Assembly: GCA_050115495.1 (NCBI GenBank)
Contig: JASFQK010000038.1
Location: 1 to 64,000, forward strand
Direction of reading: 5' to 3'
DNA length: 64,000 nucleotides
From: Phycisphaerae bacterium
Lineage (GTDB): Bacteria > Planctomycetota > Phycisphaerae > UBA1845 > Fen-1342
The first letter of the stretch is position 1. Every line of letters starts with the position of its first letter. Below are positions 44,948 to 58,814 of this stretch, one piece after another. A program made the translations under genes and the position numbers. A model generated the notes under the pieces. It did no database searches, was not told the DNA's origin, and saw only the letters and a list, made by a program, of their open reading frames with translations.

Positions 44948-46152
44948 TAGACGTTCTCGAAGGTCAGGGACTCGTGCAGGCGCGGATCGCTCTCGGGCAG
45001 CAGTGCGTGGCGCCTGAGTGCACAAACCGCCGCCGCCACGCACAACCCGCCGATCCCCACGAAGCAGGCCAGGTCCATCCAGCTCAGCCCGAGGTGTTCC
45101 GGGCTGCTGCTCGGCCGGGCCAGCCAGTAGACGTCGCACCAGTGCATCACGAGCACCCAGACACCGACCGTCGCCAGGATCGTCTTCCGCCGCTTCGGCC
45201 GGCGGGAGATCAGGGCGACGAACGGCACGACGAAGTGCCCGAACAGCAGGATCAGGCTGACCGCCACCCACGGGCCGGTCTGGCGGTGCCGGTACCAGAC
45301 GGTCTCTTCGGGGACGTTCGCGTACCAGATGAGCAGGTACTGCGAGAAAGCGATGTACGCCCAGAAGACGATGAAGGCGAAGACGAGCTTGCCGATGTCG
45401 TGATAGTGCTCGGTGGTGACCGCGTGCACCAACCGCCCGGAGTGCTGCACCAGGCAGACCACCAGGGCCAGCAGGGCGAAGAACCCCACCACGCCGCCGG
45501 CGAAGAAGTACACGCCGAAGATCGTGCTGTACCAGTACGGATCGAGCGACATCAGCAGGTCGAACGCCGCCACCGTCACCGTTACGGCGTAGATGACCAG
45601 CCCCGGCGCGCTGACCCGCTGCATCCGCAAAGTCAGCCCGACTTCGCCGGTGGCGTCCTGCCGCACCGACGTGCGCAGCAGGTACCACGCCAGCAGCGAC
45701 CAGACCACCAGGCAGACGATGATGCGCACGGCGAAAAACGGCGCGTTCAGGTAGGGCCGCTTATAGGCCAGCAGCGCATCCGGCGTCCCGGTCTCGCTCG
45801 CCCACGGATACAGCACCCGCAGCCCGAACAGGATCGGCAGCACCAGCACGAGCAGCAGCGGCAGCGTCGCCGCGATTCCCTCGGCCAGTCGCCGGAGCAC
45901 GACGCTCCACCCGGCTCGGGTCACGTGCTGCAACATGACGAAGAACAGCGCCCCCAGCGCCAGGCTGAGGAAATAGCAGTAGTTGACGAGGTAGGCTTCG
46001 AGAAGCTGCTGTCGGCCCTCCGCGGTCCAGGCGCCCAGCAGCGCGGCCGCCGCCAGCCCCAGCACGCCCACCGCGCCGGCGATCCCGATCAGGCGCGGGC
46101 CCAGCGCTGCCAGGTGCCGCGGTTCCTGCGAGATGTCGTGTGGCCGGTCCAC
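44947..46152 (-). CDS. actF: Alternative complex III membrane subunit ActF
   Basis: AGWSVVLRRLAE, YLN.PFF, MSLDPYWYSTIFG, FWAYIAFSQY..IWYAN.PEE. Confidence 0.9.
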   Translation of the reverse strand: MDRPHDISQEPRHLAALGPRLIGIAGAVGVLGLAAAALLGAWTAEGRQQLLEAYLVNYCYFLSLALGALFFVMLQHVTRAGWSVVLRRLAEGIAATLPLLLVLVLPILFGLRVLYPWASETGTPDALLAYKRPYLNAPFFAVRIIVCLVVWSLLAWYLLRTSVRQDATGEVGLTLRMQRVSAPGLVIYAVTVTVAAFDLLMSLDPYWYSTIFGVYFFAGGVVGFFALLALVVCLVQHSGRLVHAVTTEHYHDIGKLVFAFIVFWAYIAFSQYLLIWYANVPEETVWYRHRQTGPWVAVSLILLFGHFVVPFVALISRRPKRRKTILATVGVWVLVMHWCDVYWLARPSSSPEHLGLSWMDLACFVGIGGLCVAAAVCALRRHALLPESDPRLHESLTFENV

Positions 46153-46167
46153 GCTTGCTCCTCGCGG

Positions 46168-46809
46168 TTACTTCAGGTCTTCACGGTCGGCGGACGGCAC
46201 GTCCTGGATCGTCGCCTGCTCGCTACGTTGCAGGGCCCGCAGGTAGGCCACGATGGCCCAGCGATCGGGCACCGGAATCTGCACGCCATAGGCCGGCATC
46301 GTCCGCACGCCGTTGGTGATGAAGTCGAACAACTCGCCGACGGCCCGCCCGCGCACCTCGTCCGTATGGAACGATGTCGGTGTGACCCAGGTGCCCTCGG
46401 CCAGCGCTTCGGCCCGGCTGTTGACGAGCCCGTCGCCGAAGCCATGCGATCCGTGGCAGGGGGCACAGAACACGCCGAAGCGCTGCTGCCCGCGCCGCAT
46501 CACGTCCATCGTCAGCGGCATGGGGAACGTCGTCGCCCACTCGCCATTCTTCTTACCTAGTTGCAGATGCTCGTCGATCGGCCATTCACTGACGGCCACC
46601 GTGCCGACGACGGGCGGACGCATGGCCCGCGTGTCGGCGAAGAAGGGGCTCGTCTGCTGCGCCTGGCGCTTCGGCTGGTTGTCCATGTCCGGGACGATGT
46701 GGACGCGCGGCGCCAGACCCGGCGTCCACCGCGCCCGGAGGATCAGCAGGGGCGGTACGGCCGCCACCGCCACCAGGGACAGGACAATCCACAGCACGCG
46801 CTTGCGCAT
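46168..46809 (-). CDS. actE: Alternative complex III monoheme cytochrome c ActE
   Basis: DMDNQP, FFAD.RAMRPPV.GTV, CAPCH, MP.YG, DRWAIVAY.RALQ. Confidence 0.9.
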   Translation of the reverse strand: MRKRVLWIVLSLVAVAAVPPLLILRARWTPGLAPRVHIVPDMDNQPKRQAQQTSPFFADTRAMRPPVVGTVAVSEWPIDEHLQLGKKNGEWATTFPMPLTMDVMRRGQQRFGVFCAPCHGSHGFGDGLVNSRAEALAEGTWVTPTSFHTDEVRGRAVGELFDFITNGVRTMPAYGVQIPVPDRWAIVAYLRALQRSEQATIQDVPSADREDLK

Positions 46810-46813
46810 CCGC

Positions 46814-47380
46814 TCAGTCCTCCACCGTTTCCACCGCCGCGCCGCCCAACGATTCGAGCAGCGCCCGCGTCTGCGTCTCGTCGAAGCGCGGGTCGGCGGC
46901 TTCGACGCTGATGAAGAAGCGGTCGGCCGTCACCCGCCGGAAACGGGCATTGGTGAACAGCGTGTGGTACCAGCGCGGCAGGTCGTTCAGGGCGAGCATG
47001 CCCACGAACGCCGTCAGGGCCGCGAAGAGAATCGTCATCTCGAACATGACCGGGATGTTCGCCGGCAGCGAGAAGTACGGCTTGCCGCTGATGAGCATCC
47101 GGTAGTCGAAGGCGTTCGTGTAGTACTGGAGCACCAGGCCCACGAGTGCCCCGGTCAGTCCGCCGCCGAGCACGAGCCAGGGCAGCCGTGTCGGTCGCAG
47201 GCCCATGGCGTCGTTCAGACCGTGCAGCGGGAACGGCGTGTGCGCATCCCACCGCGTATAGCCGGCGTCGCGCACACGGCGGGCGGCCTCCAGCAGCGCC
47301 TCGGCGTCGTCGAACTCGACGATGTAGCCCCACAACCGCCGGGCCGCAGCCGTTTCGGAAACCGGATTGCTGCGGCTCAT
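46814..47380 (-). CDS. actD: Alternative complex III subunit ActD (DUF3341)
   Basis: [28 protein letters not shown]. Confidence 0.9.
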   Translation of the reverse strand: MSRSNPVSETAAARRLWGYIVEFDDAEALLEAARRVRDAGYTRWDAHTPFPLHGLNDAMGLRPTRLPWLVLGGGLTGALVGLVLQYYTNAFDYRMLISGKPYFSLPANIPVMFEMTILFAALTAFVGMLALNDLPRWYHTLFTNARFRRVTADRFFISVEAADPRFDETQTRALLESLGGAAVETVED

Positions 47381-48846
47381 GGTTGCTCCTCCAGGGCGTC
47401 GCCGTGATGCTCTTCGTGCAGTTGCGGAGCATCACCCCAGTAGTCGCCCAGCCCGCGATGATGACCGTGCTCGAGGTGCGCCTGCGGCATCACGCTCTTG
47501 ACCTCGGCCATGGCCACCATCGGCAGGAACCGCACGAACAACAGGAACAGCGTGAAGAACAGGCCGAAGCTGCCCGCGAAGGTCAGGATGTCCACCCACG
47601 TCGGCGAGTAGTAGTCCCAGCTCGACGGCAGGAAGTCCGCGCTCAACGACGTCACCGTGATGACGAAGCGCTCGAACCACATGCCGATGTTCACCAGGAT
47701 GCACACGCCCATGAGCACCCACAAGCTCGCCCGGCAGCGCTTGAACCAGAAGAGTTGCGGGGCCAGCACGTTGCACGAGACCATGATCCAGTACGCCCAG
47801 GCGTACGGCCCGAGGGCCCGGTTCACGAACGCGAACGCTTCGTACGGATTACCACCGTACCAGGCGATGAAGAACTCCGTTGCATAGGCGTAGCCGACCA
47901 TCGAGCCCGTGACCAGGACGATCTTGGCCACGTTCTCGAGGTGCCGCATGGTGATCAGCTCTTTCAGCCCGAAGAACTGCCGGGCCGGAATCGCCAGCGT
48001 CATCACCATGGCAAAGCCGCTGAAGATGGCCCCGGCCACGAAGTACGGCGGGAAGATCGTCGTATGCCAGCCGGGAAGCTGGGCGACGGCGAAGTCGAAG
48101 CTTACGACCGAGTGCACGCTCAGCACGAGCGGCGTGGCCAGCGCCGCCAGCAGCAGGTACGCCTTCTCGTAGTGCAACCACTGCCGGTTCGACCCGCGCC
48201 AGCCGAGGGCCAGCAGCCCGTAGATGATCGCCCGCACACGCGTCCGCGCCCGGTCACGCAGCGTGGCCAGGTCGGGGATCATGCCCATGTACCAGAACAT
48301 CATCGACACGATGGCGTACGTGCTGACCGCGAAGACGTCCCACAGCAGCGGGCTGCGGAAGTTCGGCCACATCTGCATCTGGTTCTGCACGGGCGCCAGC
48401 CAGTACGTCACCCAGATTCGCCCGACGTGAATCCCCGGGAACAAGCCGGCGCAGACCACGGCGAAAATCGTCATCGCTTCGGTGAAGCGGTTGATGCTCG
48501 TCCGCCATTTCTGCCGAAACAGGAACAGAATCGCGGATATGAGCGTGCCCGCGTGGCCGATACCCACCCAGAACACGAAGTTGACGATCGCCCAGCCCCA
48601 GCCGACGGGGTTGTTGAGGCCCCACACGCCGACGCCGGTGACGATGAGGTACAGGACCATCGCCCCGAGCATCAGCGTCGCGCTCGTCGATATGGCGAAG
48701 GCGATGTACCACGCTCGCGGCGGCTTGGGACGCTCGGCGATGCCGCAGACGAGGTCCGTGACCGTCGTGAGGTCGTGCCCGCCCAGGACCAGTGCCGGCC
48801 GCTGAGTCGGATCGTCGATCGTGTTGTCGGTGGCCAGTGTCGTCAC
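47377..48846 (-). CDS. actC: Alternative complex III NrfD/PsrC-type subunit ActC
   Basis: [57 protein letters not shown]. Confidence 0.93.
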   Translation of the reverse strand: MTTLATDNTIDDPTQRPALVLGGHDLTTVTDLVCGIAERPKPPRAWYIAFAISTSATLMLGAMVLYLIVTGVGVWGLNNPVGWGWAIVNFVFWVGIGHAGTLISAILFLFRQKWRTSINRFTEAMTIFAVVCAGLFPGIHVGRIWVTYWLAPVQNQMQMWPNFRSPLLWDVFAVSTYAIVSMMFWYMGMIPDLATLRDRARTRVRAIIYGLLALGWRGSNRQWLHYEKAYLLLAALATPLVLSVHSVVSFDFAVAQLPGWHTTIFPPYFVAGAIFSGFAMVMTLAIPARQFFGLKELITMRHLENVAKIVLVTGSMVGYAYATEFFIAWYGGNPYEAFAFVNRALGPYAWAYWIMVSCNVLAPQLFWFKRCRASLWVLMGVCILVNIGMWFERFVITVTSLSADFLPSSWDYYSPTWVDILTFAGSFGLFFTLFLLFVRFLPMVAMAEVKSVMPQAHLEHGHHRGLGDYWGDAPQLHEEHHGDALEEQP

Positions 48847-48847
48847 G

Positions 48848-51915
<3,068 letters not shown>

Positions 51916-51919
<4 letters not shown>

Positions 51920-52563
51920 CGGTGGCACGTGCTGCAATCGGTCGAGGGGTTAACTTGGCGGCGGGAGATCTCCCGCAGATCGTCTACCGTCATACTGGCC
52001 GGCGTCCAGCGCATGTCCGTAACGTGCTCCACCGGCCGCAGTTGTGGGTCAGGGTGGCGGTGGCAGTCCAGGCACCAGCCCATGCTCAGCGGCTCGACCT
52101 GCCGGACGACCGCCATCGTGTCCACTCGCCCATGACAGGACACGCAGCCGACGCCCCGCCGCACGTGGGCGCTATGGTCGAAGTAAACGTAGTCGGGTAG
52201 GTCGTGCACGCGGATCCACGGGACCGGGTATCCGCTCTGCTCGCTGAGCCGGACGGTGACGAGCTTGTCGCTCTCGGTCCGGATCTTGGCGTGGCAATTC
52301 TGACAGGTCTGTGTCGGCGGCACCGAGGCTCGGGCGGCCGTCTCAACCCCCGTGTGGCAATAGCGGCAGTCGATTCCAAGCTCGCCAGCATGCAGGGCGT
52401 GGCTGTAGGCTACCGGCTGCACAGGGGCGTAGCCGACGTCTGTCGTCTGTGGGGAGGCCGCGAGGGCGAAGACTCCGGCGACGTATACCGGGACGATGAC
52501 GATCGCCAGTCCCAGCGCAACCCGGAGGTGATTCACCCATCGCGGGAAGACGAACAGGTTCAT
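51916..52563 (-). CDS. actA: Alternative complex III pentaheme cytochrome c ActA
   Basis: N-terminal TM; five CxxCH (CRYCH, CQNCH, CVSCH, CLDCH, CSTCH); LPDYVYFDHSAH. Confidence 0.93.
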
Positions 52564-52731
52564 CAGACGACCTCGGCCCCAATCGCGCGCCGGGGAAATC
52601 CTAGAGGACATACCGATAACCGTCAACCGGATCTGGCTACCCTGGTTCAGGGACCGCGCATCAACGTTGGCCGGCTCGGGCTACTGGCCACGTGGGAGGG
52701 GCGCCGCTACGCTGGGGCCACTGGTGATGGG

Positions 52732-53820
52732 ATGACCTCCAAAGAACGCATGCTGCTGGCCTTGCGTCGTCAGGTGCCCGACCGCCTGCCCGCGACGGTG
52801 CACCAGTGGCAGCCGTATCACCTCGATCGCTACCTCGGCGGCATCGACGCTCTGGCCGCGTTCCGTCGCTTTGGCCTCGACGCCTCCATCGCGTACTTCC
52901 CGCTCATCCAGCCAGAATCGCCGGACTGGCGCGTGGCCGAAGAGCCCTTCACCACGGCCCAGGGCCGCCCGGCCCGCCGCGTGACGATCACCACACCCGG
53001 CGGCACCCTCACGCAGGTCATCGAACGCCACCCCACGACCGAGTGGATGACCGAGTATCTCGTAAAACGCCCCGAGGACGTCGAACTCCTCGTCCGCTAC
53101 ATGCCCGTCCCACGGCTCGACCAGGCTGCCCTGAGCCGGGCCTACGACGATCTCGGCGACGACGGCATCATGCGTGGCTTCATCTGGGGATTGGAGGGTG
53201 GCTGCTGGCAGGACGCCTGCGCCCTGCACGGCCTCGAGCCGATGCTGCGGGCCGCCCGCCGCCAGCCAGACTGGGTGCACCACTTCCTCCGCATCCTTCA
53301 GGAGAAGAAGCTCCGCTTTGTCGCTGAGTCGCTGCCCGGGGCCCGCTATGACCTGATCGAGACCGGCGGCGGGGCCGGCTCATCGACGTGCGTCTCGCCC
53401 GCCCTACATCGCGAGTTCTGCCTGCCCTACGATCGCGAGCAGCACGACGCCCTGCACGCCCTCGGCCTGCCCGTCGTCTACCACACCTGCGGCGGGATGA
53501 TGCCGCTACTCGAGACTATCGTCGCCAACGGCTGCGACGCCAGCGAGACGCTCACTCCGCCCGGCATGGGTGGCGACGCCCGACCCGCCGAAATCAAGCA
53601 GCGCATCGGCGGACAAGTCTGCCTCATCGGCGGCGTGAACCAGTCCCAGGTGCTCGACTGCGGCACACCAGAGCAGATCCGCGCCGAGGTGTACGAGCTG
53701 TTTCGCACGCTCGGTCCCGGCGGCGGCTACATCCTCTCGCCCAGCGATCACTTCTTCGACACTCCGCCTGCCAACCTCCAACTCTACGCCGACGCCGCCC
53801 GCGACTGTCGCTACGGCTAA
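52732..53820 (+). CDS. Uroporphyrinogen decarboxylase/MtaA-CmuA methyltransferase family protein
   Basis: MTSKERM...PDRLP; YHTCGG; LIGGVNQ..L..GTPEQI; GGGYILSPSDH. Confidence 0.85.
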   Translation: MTSKERMLLALRRQVPDRLPATVHQWQPYHLDRYLGGIDALAAFRRFGLDASIAYFPLIQPESPDWRVAEEPFTTAQGRPARRVTITTPGGTLTQVIERHPTTEWMTEYLVKRPEDVELLVRYMPVPRLDQAALSRAYDDLGDDGIMRGFIWGLEGGCWQDACALHGLEPMLRAARRQPDWVHHFLRILQEKKLRFVAESLPGARYDLIETGGGAGSSTCVSPALHREFCLPYDREQHDALHALGLPVVYHTCGGMMPLLETIVANGCDASETLTPPGMGGDARPAEIKQRIGGQVCLIGGVNQSQVLDCGTPEQIRAEVYELFRTLGPGGGYILSPSDHFFDTPPANLQLYADAARDCRYG

Positions 53821-53887
53821 CGCGGCGTTTTCGCGGTGCCGCTCCGCCGGTAGACTGCGTACTTCGATCCGCCAGGAGGGTCCGTGC

Positions 53888-55078
53888 TTGCCCGCGACCG
53901 GCCCGGTGCAACTGAACGACCGCCAGCGCTTCGCGGCGCACATGCACTATGAACCCGTCGACCGCTGTCCGATTTGGGATTTCAACTACCTCGAAGCCAC
54001 GACCATCGCCTGGCGAAACCAGGGTCTACCACCTGGGAGCGATCCCGAACGACTCCTCGGCCTCGACCGCCAGTGGGTCTTTCTCTCGCCGCACCTCGGC
54101 CCCTTTCCGCCGTTTCGGCGCGAGGTGATCGAGGATCTCGGCGACCGCGAGCTCTTCCGCGACGAAGACGGCATCGTCGCCGTCAAGATCAAGCACACGA
54201 TGGGCATGCCGCACTGGGTCGAGTTCCCCATCAAGAGCCGCGACGACTGGCGTGAGTACCGCCGGCGGCTCGATCCCGACACACTCGGTCGCATACCCGC
54301 CGACTGGAACCAGCGCTGCCGAGAGTTGGCCGACCGCGACTACCCGCTGTTCATCTCGGCGGGCAGCCTCTACGGCTGGCCGCGCAACTGGATGGGCGTC
54401 GAGACGCTCTCGCGCCTGCTCTACAGAGACCCGACGCTCTTCCCGGAAATCACCGAAACGCTCGCCTACTTGATCACGACCGTTCTCGACCGGGCCCTGC
54501 AACAGGCCCGCGAAGCCGGCCTGACCTTCGACGCGGCTCAGATGTGGGAGGACATGTGCTACCGCGACGGGCCGCTGCTCAGCCCGCGCATGGTCCGCGA
54601 GCACATGGCCCCGCACTATCGCGCCATCACCAGCGTTCTCGCCCGCCACGGCGTCGATCTGGTCATCGTCGATTCCGACGGCCGGATCGACTCGCTGCTG
54701 CCCATCTGGCTCGGAGCCGGCGTGAACTGCCACTTCCCCATCGAGGTCGGCACGTGGCAGGCCGATCCGGTCGAGCTGCGCCGCCGGTTCGGCAGGGACC
54801 TGCGCATGATGGGCGGCTTCGACAAGCGCATTCTCACCGCCGGCCCGGCGGCCATCGACCGCGAGATCGACCGTCTCGCCCCGCTGGCGGCCGAGGGCGG
54901 CTACATTCCCTTCTGCGACCACCGCGTCCCGCCGGACGTGCCGTTGCAGCACTACATCCACTACATCCGACGAGCCAAGGAAGTCTTCGGCCGCGGCCGC
55001 AACGTCCGGCCCACCTGGAGCCCGGCACCGGATGCCGCGCGGCCCGCAACACACACTCCAGTGCAGGAGAAGTCATGA
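53888..55078 (+). CDS. Uroporphyrinogen decarboxylase/MtaA-CmuA family protein
   Basis: AGGAGG RBS and TTG; WEDMCYRDGPLLSP; VDSDG; GGFDK; GGYIPFCDHRVPPDV. Confidence 0.85.
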   Translation: MPATGPVQLNDRQRFAAHMHYEPVDRCPIWDFNYLEATTIAWRNQGLPPGSDPERLLGLDRQWVFLSPHLGPFPPFRREVIEDLGDRELFRDEDGIVAVKIKHTMGMPHWVEFPIKSRDDWREYRRRLDPDTLGRIPADWNQRCRELADRDYPLFISAGSLYGWPRNWMGVETLSRLLYRDPTLFPEITETLAYLITTVLDRALQQAREAGLTFDAAQMWEDMCYRDGPLLSPRMVREHMAPHYRAITSVLARHGVDLVIVDSDGRIDSLLPIWLGAGVNCHFPIEVGTWQADPVELRRRFGRDLRMMGGFDKRILTAGPAAIDREIDRLAPLAAEGGYIPFCDHRVPPDVPLQHYIHYIRRAKEVFGRGRNVRPTWSPAPDAARPATHTPVQEKS

Positions 55079-57333
55079 CTGTCGCACGCACCGCCGCGAT
55101 GATCGCGCTGACGCTGGCCCTGGCTGCTACCGCCGTCGCCCAACCCGCCATCAGCCGCCAGACCTACCTCGACCTGGCCATCGCCGACTATGACGCCAGC
55201 CAGGCGTCCTGCCACAAGCAGGTGGAGGAATGGAAGAAGGACTGTCACGTCGATCCGATCTGGGGCTACTCGCCGCCCGCCGGACCGGTCTGGCAGGCCG
55301 GGCTCGGCGCCTCGCTATACGAGCTGACTGGCGACGAGAAGTACGCCACCGACGCCGCCGAGTGGCTCGCCGCACTACCGCGGTACAAGGACTGCCTGCC
55401 GGCGTCAGCCAAGGACGCCCGCCCCGAATACGCCGACGGCCTGCCGACGCTGACCAACTTCTTCCATCTCGCGGTGTATTGCCAGGCGTACCATCGCCTC
55501 GGCAAGAGCCCGGCGCTCACGCCCGAACGACGCGCCGCCATCGAGCAGGGCGTCGTCGAGAGTGCCGAGTTCATACTGCGCTTCCCCGAATGGGGGCCGA
55601 TGAACCGGGCCATCCTCCGCGCCGAGGGGCTGGCCTGGGCGGCGAAGGTCCTGCCCGAACACAAGCAGGCGCGAACGTGGCGAGAGGCCGCCCGCATGCT
55701 GGCCAGCGATAGCTGGGGGCACTGGTCGGAAGAGGACGCTTCGCTCTATCACCCCGTCTGGCTGCACGCCCTGATCCGCTACGCCGATGTTGTCGAGGAT
55801 CCGTCCCTATTCGCCAAGCCGACGACCCGCTATTACTTCGAGTACTTCCTGCATCTGATGTCGCCGGCAAGCATGGTGGGTGAGTTCGGTGACGCCCGCT
55901 GGAACGCGAGCTGGCCCTACTTCATCGTCTGCCTCGAACGCGGAGCCAGCGAGTATCAACAGCCCGAGCTGAAGTGGGCCGCGGCCCGTATCTTCACCAC
56001 GATGACCGCCGAGAAGCGCACCGGCCTCGGCGCCATGGTCGGCCTGATGTTCACCGACGCGTACCGTTGGGCCGACGACAAGATCGAAGCTCGCCAGCCG
56101 ACCGCCGGCAGCGAAGAGGTCCTCGAAGACCTGATCGGCAAGAAGATCGTCTTCCGCAACGGCTGGGGCGACCGTGATACGTACCTCCTGCTGAACTACC
56201 GCGACGAGGGCGACTTCGCCCGCGTGCCCCGCGACTACCTGCGGCACACGATTCCCGTCGAAGAAGAGAAGATGCACCACGGCCACTCCGACGAGAATGC
56301 CATCTGCATGCTGATGTGCGACGGCTCGGTGCTGCTCGACGAGGCCGGCTACCGCGACGCGATCCCCTCCGGACCGTACGGCGCCTTCCGCGCCGACTAC
56401 TTCCACAACCGCCTCGTCGCCCGCCGCTACAAGCCCGGCCGCGAACAACCGCTCTTCGAGTTCCTCCGTCACTCCGGCGGCTATGAGTCCGTTCGCACCG
56501 AGAAGATCGGCTTCTTCAACTTCGCCGACGTCGACGTCAGCCGCACGCGCGTCACCGACGAGCGCACCGGTTGCGTCCATGACCGCGTCATCGCCTACCT
56601 CAAGCGCGACCAGGTCTTCGTCGTCTTCGACATCGTGAAGGTGCTGGAGACCGACTTCTACACGTTCACCACGCTGTGGCACACGACGACCATTCTCAAC
56701 GAGGGGCCGCAATACTACGACACGGCCATCGATTACATCGGCGACTGCGAGCCGCCGCAGAACAAGGCGTTGCTCATCGCCTTTCCGTTCGGCGAGTGCC
56801 GTCAGTGCGGCACGTTCCCCATCTCCCGCCGGAAGCGGGAGGCGACGGCCATCTACCAGAAGGCCGCCAGCCACTATCTCGTCGGTGACACCGTGACCTT
56901 CGTCACCGTCCTCGTGCCGCACGACCGCGGCGCCGATACAGCCCCACTGCTCGCCGCCATCGAGCCGCTGCCGATTGAACCGGCGGGCGCCGGCCTCGGC
57001 GTGCGCCTGAAGCTCGGCGACGAGGAGGAACTGCTCTGCGTCAACACCGACCTGTCGCGTGAAGTCCTGTCGGCGAACGTGCGGCCGCGCTACACGTTCG
57101 AGTCCGGGCGCGTCGCGTACGGCCCGATCGAGACCGATGCCAGCTTCTTCTACGCCCGCCGCGCCGACCACAAGCTGACCTACGCCGGTGCCAACCTGGT
57201 CAGGGCCATCTACGACGGGCAGGAGGTATTCTCCGCACGCTTGGCGACGTTCTCGTGCCAGCCGGACACGCTGGTCACCGGCCACGGATTGCCGAAATGG
57301 CGGTTCTGGGAGGATTCGGCGACGTTGAAGTGA
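55075..57333 (+). CDS. Secreted heparinase II/III-like (polysaccharide lyase-like) protein
   Basis: ATGA overlap; signal peptide; helical N-terminal half; FRNGW...HGHSDEN...LLDE.GY...HN pattern. Confidence 0.55.
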   Translation: MTVARTAAMIALTLALAATAVAQPAISRQTYLDLAIADYDASQASCHKQVEEWKKDCHVDPIWGYSPPAGPVWQAGLGASLYELTGDEKYATDAAEWLAALPRYKDCLPASAKDARPEYADGLPTLTNFFHLAVYCQAYHRLGKSPALTPERRAAIEQGVVESAEFILRFPEWGPMNRAILRAEGLAWAAKVLPEHKQARTWREAARMLASDSWGHWSEEDASLYHPVWLHALIRYADVVEDPSLFAKPTTRYYFEYFLHLMSPASMVGEFGDARWNASWPYFIVCLERGASEYQQPELKWAAARIFTTMTAEKRTGLGAMVGLMFTDAYRWADDKIEARQPTAGSEEVLEDLIGKKIVFRNGWGDRDTYLLLNYRDEGDFARVPRDYLRHTIPVEEEKMHHGHSDENAICMLMCDGSVLLDEAGYRDAIPSGPYGAFRADYFHNRLVARRYKPGREQPLFEFLRHSGGYESVRTEKIGFFNFADVDVSRTRVTDERTGCVHDRVIAYLKRDQVFVVFDIVKVLETDFYTFTTLWHTTTILNEGPQYYDTAIDYIGDCEPPQNKALLIAFPFGECRQCGTFPISRRKREATAIYQKAASHYLVGDTVTFVTVLVPHDRGADTAPLLAAIEPLPIEPAGAGLGVRLKLGDEEELLCVNTDLSREVLSANVRPRYTFESGRVAYGPIETDASFFYARRADHKLTYAGANLVRAIYDGQEVFSARLATFSCQPDTLVTGHGLPKWRFWEDSATLK

Positions 57334-58315
57334 CCGTGGGGTGTGCGGCTGGCGACGATTGCCAAGGCAGCCGGTCGAGATCCACGTTGCCGCCGCTGAG
57401 CACGACGCCGACGCGGGCCAGCCCCGGGAGTGCGCGGAACTCGTCGCTCAGGACGGCGGCGACGGCGACCGCCGAACTCGGCTCGATGATGAGCTTCATC
57501 CGCTCCCAGACCAGGCGCATCGCTGCCAGAATCTGCTCGTCGGTGACAGTGACGATTCGTTCGACGTGATCGCGGATGATCGGCCACGTCAGCTTGCCCA
57601 GGCTGGTTAGCAGCCCGTCGGCGACTGTGTCCGGACGCTCCTGCGGAATCAGTCGGCCGGCGGCCAATGAACGGGCCGCATCGTCGGCACCCGCCGGTTC
57701 AGCCGCAATGATGCGCACATTCGGCGCGACGCCCCGTGCCGCGATGCAGATGCCGCTGAGCATCCCGCCGCCGCCGACCGGCGCCACGATCGCGTCCAAC
57801 GGCCCCGCCTGCTCGATCAGCTCCAGCGCCATCGTGCCCTGGCCGGCGATAATGTCCGCGTGATCGTACGGCGGAATCAACGTCGCCCCCGTGTCGGCGA
57901 TGACCTGTGCAGCCAGTGACTCCCGCGCCGCCAATGTCGGCTCGCACGGATAGACGCGAGCGCCGTACCCCTCGACCGCCCGGCGTTTCACCGCTGGCGC
58001 CGTCCGCGGCATGACCACGTGTGCCGCCGCCCCGCGCAGCGACGCCGCCAGGGCGAGCGCCTGGGCATGATTCCCCGAACTGTGCGTAACCACGCCGCGA
58101 GCGGCCTCTTCCGCCGACAGCCGCATCACCGCATTGCACGCCCCGCGAAACTTGAACGCTCCGACCTTCTGGAGGTTCTCGCACTTGAACACCAGTTCGC
58201 GGCCGGCGAGCCGATCCAGCGTCCGACATGTCATTGCGGGCGTTTGATGCGCGTACGGCGCAATCCGCCCCTGCGCCGCCCGCACCGCCTCCAGATCCGC
58301 AGCATACTGCGTCAT
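57275..58315 (-). CDS. PLP-dependent serine racemase/threonine-serine dehydratase
   Basis: KCENLQKVGAFKFRGA, SSGNHAQA, AGQGT, PVGGGG, EPSSA, SGGNVD. Confidence 0.92.
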   Translation of the reverse strand: MTQYAADLEAVRAAQGRIAPYAHQTPAMTCRTLDRLAGRELVFKCENLQKVGAFKFRGACNAVMRLSAEEAARGVVTHSSGNHAQALALAASLRGAAAHVVMPRTAPAVKRRAVEGYGARVYPCEPTLAARESLAAQVIADTGATLIPPYDHADIIAGQGTMALELIEQAGPLDAIVAPVGGGGMLSGICIAARGVAPNVRIIAAEPAGADDAARSLAAGRLIPQERPDTVADGLLTSLGKLTWPIIRDHVERIVTVTDEQILAAMRLVWERMKLIIEPSSAVAVAAVLSDEFRALPGLARVGVVLSGGNVDLDRLPWQSSPAAHPTVTSTSPNPPRTAISAIRGR

Positions 58316-58534
58316 CTTCGCTCACCCTACGCCAACCGGCGAACCAACCGCTCGCCCCAACCAACGCCCCCATTCTCCCCCAAACCCCCACGTAACGACA
58401 ACTCCGTACCGCCCGGCGCGCGCACACTGTGGCACCGGATTGCATCCGGTGCGTCGTCCCGCGCTCGCTCGCCAACCCGTAGCGGCCGACCTCCGTGTCG
58501 GACGTCGCTCGCGGCAAACGCCCGGCGCGCCATC

Positions 58535-58626
58535 TGTCCGAGCCGTGACCGGGAGGGAACGGTTTGCGCAGGAGTCGGGCGTCTGCGCGCACGACCCACT
58601 CGCTACCGCTCGGGGCTCGGACAGCC
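58535..58626. repeat. 92-bp REP/MITE-like element, copy 1
   Basis: Terminal inverted repeat TGTCCGAGCC...GGCTCGGACA; near-identical to 61955-62046. Confidence 0.85.
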
Positions 58627-58814
58627 GGCGTGCCGCGCGCGTAGCGTCGGCCCCCCGTGGCCGACGTCGAATGCCGAGAACCGCGCGACTGCTCACCAAG
58701 CGTGGCATGCTGAAGCCGAAGGCGCCGGCATGTCGCCACGCGTGCGGACGAACCACATGCCCCTGCTGCGCTTGGGCATGCCACTCGCGTGCGCCCTGTC
58801 CCCCTCCCGCCGTC

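Noticed and set aside
52732..55078. hemE assignment
   Set aside because: Lacks the HemE W.MRQAGR motif; belongs to the broader URO-D/methyltransferase family
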